Origin: Veleropilina oligotropha
Lineage: Eukaryota
Direction: 5' to 3'
Assembly (NCBI GenBank): GCA_048128005.1
Contig: JBEUKZ010000047.1
Location: forward strand, 248,001-312,000
Length of the DNA: 64,000 nt
Positions within the stretch are counted from its first letter, which is position 1. Every line of letters begins with the position of its first letter. This document shows positions 57,045-64,000 of this stretch, piece by piece. The translations under genes were made by a program, and so were the position numbers. The notes beneath the pieces were generated by a model. The model had not been told where the DNA came from. It was given only the letters and a program-made list of their open reading frames with translations, and did not search any database.

Positions 57045-60000
57045 GCTGGTTCTCTTGAATGATACGATTAATTCTTTCGTTTTGCGTTCGTTAAGTTTCA
57101 TATCGTTGTCGTTTGCCCAACTAGCTACCAGAGATGCTGCCAGTTGCATGGTTCCATCGTTGCTATCCTTCGATGCGTGACATATAGATGTATCGTCGAC
57201 ATACTTGTATGCTATGGCTGGTTGAGGAATCTGTAGATCTCCTATGTGCACAATGAAAGTTTTTGAGCCTATCAAAGTGCCCTGGGGTGTTCCTCCGTTC
57301 AGAGTCAACATAGGGCAGGGCACGAAAATTCCACTCGTCCGCTCGTATTGACGAGTAACTATTCGGACAGGACGAGCAGAATTTATCAAAATGCGTATTT
57401 TACTCGTCCGACAGGACGAGTAGCTATTAGCAGCGGGTCTCTCAACACAGAACTGTCTGGATCACACACAAATGTCGACAATATTTAATTAGTAATCATT
57501 TTAATCCTAAGAACATGTTGTGACACTAAAAACGGGCACGACATAAACCTAGAATCGTCACCGGAAACATTTGATCCATGAGTTATTTATCGATATGATA
57601 CTAATAATAGAACCGTTTTCTACACGTTGTCCTGTATAAATTTACCTTTGCCGATGTCGTTATCATTTCCGAATGCAGTGAAATAAATATTTCAGCATAA
57701 ATTGCTTTATTATATTAATTTGTACGTTTTTTCTTTCTAAAATAACTCTACAGAGTGTACGTGAACAATGTCGGAGTGCATGATTTACGCTAACGCTTTC
57801 AATCACTGTGTATCTATTTTGAGCGCCTGGAATTCCCAAATAACCGTGCTGTTATAAAAGTGAACCCCGTTTATAACATGTGCTTTTGCATTCGGTGTGA
57901 TTCAGAGGTTTCCGTTTTATAGACGTAGGTAGCTTAGCGAAATAGTCCGGGGAATGCCGATTGATTGAGCTTTCTGTCGTCTGCTATAGTAAAATGTCCG
58001 ACATTCGCAAATTTTTACAAGGCGGCGGTGATAGCGAAAAACGATCGTTATTGAAAGAGAATGAAAAAAGGAAACTTTGTCAAAAGAAATATGATCAAAA
58101 CAAACGAAAAAGATTACTTCATGATTCATGGTTGGATGAATATCCGTGGGCAAAACAAGAAAATGGTGAACTTTTCTGTGCCATTTGCCGTAAATATCCT
58201 GGATTATCAGACAGAGAGTCCACACTTGTCAAGGGAATAAAAGATAAATACAGGAAAGAAACACTGAAATTCCACGAAAAGAGCGCGAAGCATGTGAAAT
58301 GTATCGAGTGCCAAGCTGTGAAAGAAAAGCCAGAATGCAGTCAAATGGCCACAAGCATGAAAAAAGTGGATGAAAAAAATAGCGTCGTGTACGAAAAGTT
58401 ATTCAACACGGCCTATTACATTGCCAGGGGGAATGAATCTTTCAGAAAATTTCCGGAATTGATTTCATTGCAGCAGAAAAATGGCGTGGAGGTAGGCATA
58501 AATTATATAAATGAAAAGGCATGTCGTGAATTTTGCATTAATATAGCAACAGTACTGAAAAATCAAACTTCAAAGTGTGTGCAGTCTGCACGTTTCATAA
58601 GCATACTTTCAGATGGATCGACAGACAAAGGAATAGTCGAGCAAGAAATAGTTTATGTCCGATATGTTGGGAAAGACGGTGTGATGAAAACTGAACTTGC
58701 TGACATTGTCAATCTTGAACATGGCCACGCAGAGGGAGTAAAGCAAGGCATTTTAAAAGGTATGGAAAACATTGGACTGTCGCCTACAGAGTTGAGTAAG
58801 AAGCTAGTAGGCATCAACACTGATGGTGCAGCTGTGAATCTTGGGAAAAAATGAGGGGCTGTTAAATTACTGATCGATAGATTAAATGAAGAGGTACCCG
58901 AGGGAAGTGCATGTGGTGATTACATGACTGTAGTGCATTGTGTGGCCCACAACCTTGAACTTGCAGTGTGTGATGCCAAGAAAGATGTTCGATATCTCAC
59001 AGACTTTGAGAGAGTTTAGAAAGGAATTTTCCAGCTCTATTACTACTCTCCAAAGCGCAGAACTTTCTGACATCGCAACATCCTTAGACCAGGACCTAAA
59101 GCACTATGGGGGTCTACAACAAATACGCTGGGTTGCCAGCCAGAACCGGGCACTCAAGGCTCTCTTAGATAATTATGATGTTACCATGGTTCATCTTCAG
59201 GATATTATATCAACTTGCAAGGATGAGAACGCAAACAAAGCCAGGAGTTACCTCACAGAAATGAAAAGTGAAAGGTTTCTCACATTCTCCACTTCATGAT
59301 AGACTGGACCAATTTGATTTCAGAAGTGTCAGTATTATTTCAACAGAAAAAGTTTCTGATTTCTGAGGTAGCTAGAAGAATCAGTGAATTGAAAGAAAAG
59401 TGTGCTACGATGAAATTAAGAAGGGGCAAGTTGTTGAGAAAGTTTCTAAGGGAAACAAATGATGGAACGTTTCGAGGAAATGAAATGACACAGCGACAAG
59501 GGAGGCGAAACAACGACACAACAGAGCAGATTGCTAGTGACATTGATGAAATGTTAACTGCTTCAGAGTTATTTTTAGAGGAAAGGTTTATCAAACACCT
59601 GACAGGAGAACCACATGCTCTGTTTCGGGCCTTTGATTTTCATCAGTGGCCAAACAAGGATGATAATCCAGATGGTTTCAGGCTGTATGGAGATGAAGAG
59701 ATTGACAGATTACTAACATTGTACAGTCCATTACTGACCAATGAAGAAAATGAATCAGCAGTAGATGAGTGGCTTGATTTGAAATTGTATTTGTCACGGA
59801 ACCTAAACAGATCTATGGTCGATGCTTATGAAAGTCTCTTGGCCAATGAAGATGTAGAACATTTACGCCATATTATACCACTGGTGACCATAATGCTCAC
59901 GATATCTCCCAGTACAGCCGAGTGCGAACGTGGGTTTAGTCAGTTAAACCAAATAAAAACAACACTCCGAACGTCTTTGAATCAAGATACGTTGTGCGCT

Positions 60001-63000
60001 CTTCAGAGAATCCGAGTAGATGGGCCTACCATGAAAGATTACAACCCAACACAAAGCATCGTGGAGTGGTTGAACTCTGGAAAGGGATCCAGACACACTA
60101 AAGGGCATACATGTTCTGGTCCAAGAGAGAAACGGTTACATCCAGCTGCAGCCTCAAGTGATTCAGATTCTGAATAGAGCAAGCACACGATTCTCCAGGA
60201 CTGTTTTTGTCTATTGGCTCAGCTGCTCTTTTATGATTATGATCAATTGTTTATTAAATCATCTTCTCCAATCATATGTTTAATTCTTAATCTATGATAA
60301 TGATAGATTCTACCATTGGTCCATATTATAAATTATGTGCATATATTTATATTAACATTAACACAAAGACATGCAAAATATGTAGAGCGAGACGACCCTC
60401 ATGCTGCTCGTATACTTTATTGAGGAATAACACATACATTTCCTATCTATAAAGACACGCCATGCAAACAGTACATGTTAGTATAATATTACAAGTATTA
60501 TATTATATTCACTATATTACTGTTAATTTTGGTTACAAAATGCAGGACGAGTGACATTTGGAACAGGACGAGTAGAATTTCCTTGGTACTCGTCCTACAG
60601 GACGAGTGAACATTAAAGTAATTTTCGTCCCCTGTAGGGTATATATCACGTTGCTGATTTTAACCTGCTGTTGCCTATTTAGTAGGAACGCAGCAACCCA
60701 TTTCACCAAAAAATCGGGGGCTCCATTTGCTTTTAGTTTCTTCAACACAATGTTATGGTTGACTAAGTCAAATGCCTTCGAAAAATCACATAACAGGATT
60801 CTGGCTACTGTACCGGCGGTATCTGTTGTCCTATATAGGTAATCCATCATGTCTATAAGGGCATGGGTAGTAGATGACCCCTTTAGACCACCATATTGTC
60901 TTGAGTCTGTATCGAGAGATGTATCGTCAATCCACTGACACACGAAGCTTTCTAACACTTTGCTAACAATAGGTGTGAGCGAAATTGGTTGTAAATCGGT
61001 CTTTATTGACTTTGGTGGATTTACCTTTGGTAAGGGCACAGTGAATGCCGATCTCCATAGCTGGGGGACATAGCCTTCTCTGATACTAGCATTAAATATC
61101 GAGCAGATTGGACCAGATATATATGGCGCAAAATCTCTTAGTACCCATGCAGGTATCTCATCTGGACCGGTAGCCTTATTCACACGTAGTTTGGAGAGCC
61201 GTGTTTCTACCTCGTGTTGTGAGATGGTGAATTCAGAAGACACGATGTCATTAGGGTCGAAATGCGGACTATTGGGTTGTAGTGGTGTTAGACAAGACCC
61301 AACAGATTGAAAGAATGTATTGATGGTTGTTGCCAACTCTTCCATACTGCCGTCGCATTCGTTGTTAGCGAGTAGTTGAAGTGGGGTGTTGCTCACACAT
61401 CCCGTGCCCATCAATCCTTTCATATTTCTCCACCAGTCTCTTGGATTTCCGTGTTTTAAATTCGCAACTTTCCTTTGATAAAATTTCTTACGGAGGTTCA
61501 AGTTTTCTCGATTAACCTTGTTGCGTAACTTATTATACAAAGTGACATTTCCTGAAGCATATGCTTGTTGACGTTTTCGGATTAGAAATTTGAAGTCTGG
61601 AGTAATCCATGGTTTATCTCGTTCGTGCAATGTTACACTTTTTGTTGGAAAATGCTTGTTATATAAAAGGATCATCTGGTCCTGAAAGCCGTCAAACATT
61701 TCTTGACATGATGACATCTTATAAATCGAAGTCCAGTTTGTTAACTTTAATTCATGGGCAAACATGACCTTTTCATTTTGGCCTAAAACCCGTTTGGTTG
61801 AAGTTACTTTTTCACCAACGTTGTACGAAACTGATGGTTTGGGACGACACACTATAGCATTATGGTCAGAAGATCCAACTGCGGAAACGACAGTTGCCTC
61901 GCTATACAATTCAGGCATACTGACAAAAAGTTTATCCAAAATGGCACTTTTTCTTGTTGGTTTATTAATAAGCTGCTTCACTGGCTTGATTCCGCTAATG
62001 CGAACAGTAGTGGGTTCAATACCTGGCTGAGGCATTGAAATTTGTTCAAGTTATGAATCACAGTTGTCCGTGACTGGCCGGAGAGGGCGGGTTTACCCTG
62101 GCGACTGGGGTTTCCTCCCGCGATAACACGGACATGTCCTGCCTTGAACCTCGATGTTGTAAATATACAGGAAATTAAGCATCATTCCTCCCTCATGCGA
62201 AGTAATGAACGGATGGTATTGTCCTTCAGCTGATTAAAGTCGCCTGTTAGCATTATGCCTGCATATGGATGTTTTTGTCGTATGGAATCAACGCACCGGA
62301 GTATGTGATCCACTAACGGTCGGTCATTGTTGTTATGAGGGTGATATACTACAACTAAAATAACGTGACTGCATAATCTAGGCATCTTAGTAGATTTTAA
62401 TGTTACCCAAATTGTCTCAAAATCATCCTCGTAAAGGTGTGACCACTCTCTGTATGCTAGGAGTTTCTTTATATATACCAACACACCTCCGCCTTTTTTG
62501 TGAGGTCTATCGTTTCTACACGTGACTGGCCGAAGAGGGCGGGTTTACCCGGCGACCGGGGTTTCCTCCCGCGATAACACGGACATGTCCTGCCTTGAAC
62601 CTCGATGTTATAAATATACGGGACATTAAGCATAATTCCTCCTCCTCCTCGTTTCTACACATGCCATAACCGTCAATCTGAATCATATTGTCACTAATAC
62701 CACCGTGACACCACGATTCTGTCACACATATGATATCAGTTTGATGCTCTTCGGCAGACACAGTTAAATCATCCACTTTTGACAGACACGATCGTAGGTT
62801 TGCGCACATAATGGATGGTAAGCAGCAACTAACATCCAACTAACATTGGATGTTAGTTCAATCAAATTGGATTTCATTACAGATCTATTATGCTTATTGC
62901 ATTGGGCCGACGTAACTCTAACTGGAATACGTGAGCCATTGCTAAAGTCACGAGACTGTGTATTGCGTGGTTCCCAAATGTTCAGAATGAAAATCGATTT

Positions 63001-63155
63001 ACGTACATGTCTCTTTAACTTGCACATTGGCGAATTTTGCAAAGCCTTTAAAAATGTTGAACTGTACTTGGCGACAAACATTATCGCGGCATATAATGTT
63101 CAGTGAAGCGGCTGAAGATCTCACCTCTTAATTCCAGTTGAACAAAAGACGCTAA
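57045..63155 (-). mobile_element. Duplicate CR1/L2-group LINE with nested SINEs (~61981-62191, 62522-62648)
   Basis: Copy of 36690-42800. Confidence 0.85.
57316..60634 (+). mobile_element. Duplicate hAT (5-bp TSD), transposase pseudogene 57994-60177
   Basis: Same TIRs, TSD and lesions as 36961-40279. Confidence 0.9.
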
Positions 63156-63250
63156 TCAGATCACTCTGACAGGTAGTCCTGCTATTGTAAGGAAAACAAT
63201 AGAGGTTCACGATTTATGTCCTGGATGACAAACTCAGTTTTGTTTGAAGA

Positions 63251-64000
63251 TTTGATTTGATTTGATTTGATGTTTAACGACCACGCCGACACTATTTGGT
63301 CATAATCGGGTCGGTCAAGTTGACTATATAATAATTTAATATAAAAAGTTAAAAGTTACGATAGTAAATACCGATGTAATAAGAGTTGTAAATAAAACAA
63401 AGCAATATATTTACAAATAAAATCAAGTTAAGATAAAAATCAATGTAATTTAGATAAAAACAGCAATAAAATAAAATTTAAAAGCTATGATCAAATGTTT
63501 GCTAAAAACAAGTATAATAATAAAATAGTATAATAATACACAAAATATAGAATTGTCATAAAGGAAATAAAAATATAAATAAAAATTATAACTTATAGAA
63601 AATATTTACTTGTTTTAAAAATTCAAATACGGCTTCGAGCTTATTAAGATTAAATAACTCTTGGAGTGAATTTGCCCTAAAATAGCTTTGGCGTGCGAGA
63701 TCCAAATCGACACAATCCAATAAAATATGTTTAATTGTTAGGGCAGTTGCACAAGGAATACACTCAGGTGGAGGCTCCCCTTTAAGCAAGTAGGAGTGAG
63801 TGTAGTGAGAATGCCCAATCCTCAGTCTGGCCAAGACCACCTCCTCTCGCCGAGTTGGTCTGTAAGAGGTGCCCCAATCGCCAATAAGAGGTTGGACATT
63901 CTGCAGTTTATTCCTTGTGCATTCATTCCAAGAGTGCTGCCAAGTAGAATTTATATATTTGTTTATGCTTTGTTTAAAATCTGAGTGTGGTAGTTTACAA
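63251..64000 (-). mobile_element. 3' end of duplicate A5 LINE (runs off window)
   Basis: Same tail, flank and ORF2 C-terminus as 42896-43645. Confidence 0.92.

Larger units (their letters stand above)
55885..64000. repeat. Segmental duplicate of 35530-43645 (offset 20,355)
   Basis: All ORFs recur at +20355 with only scattered substitutions. Confidence 0.95.

Noticed and set aside
3400..63984. Many 60-220 aa ORFs overlapping LINE ORFs
   Set aside because: Shadow or antisense frames recurring only because the elements are repeated

Overview
Eukaryotic (probably invertebrate animal; inference) DNA made almost entirely of recently nested transposable elements. The dominant elements are I-group (Nimb-like) non-LTR retrotransposons (gag-like ORF1 with CCHC knuckles; ORF2 APE-RT-RNase H-CCHC), nearly all on the minus strand. 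Family A has an (AAATC)n tail and a 5' CCCCCAGTCGG pseudoknot-like motif. Family B has an (ACTC)n tail and a 5' HDV-like ribozyme. A recombinant 'C' element joins a B leader and ORF1 to an A ORF2 and tail. TSDs resolve the nesting: B1 (1475-13911) contains A1, a CR1/Crack fragment and a small Helitron; C (17758-29987) contains full-length A3. Also present are a Polinton/adintovirus-like remnant (13924-17757, with a minor capsid gene), an R2-type ZnF-Myb fragment, a CR1/L2-like element interrupted by a 5-bp-TSD hAT and two SINEs, two paralogous copies of a host-like exon, minisatellites, and a near-identical 20,355-bp-period segmental duplication (35530.. vs 55885..). The most notable observation is a modular RNA leader: a shared structured 5'UTR core capped by either an HDV-like ribozyme or a different, unassigned pseudoknot.
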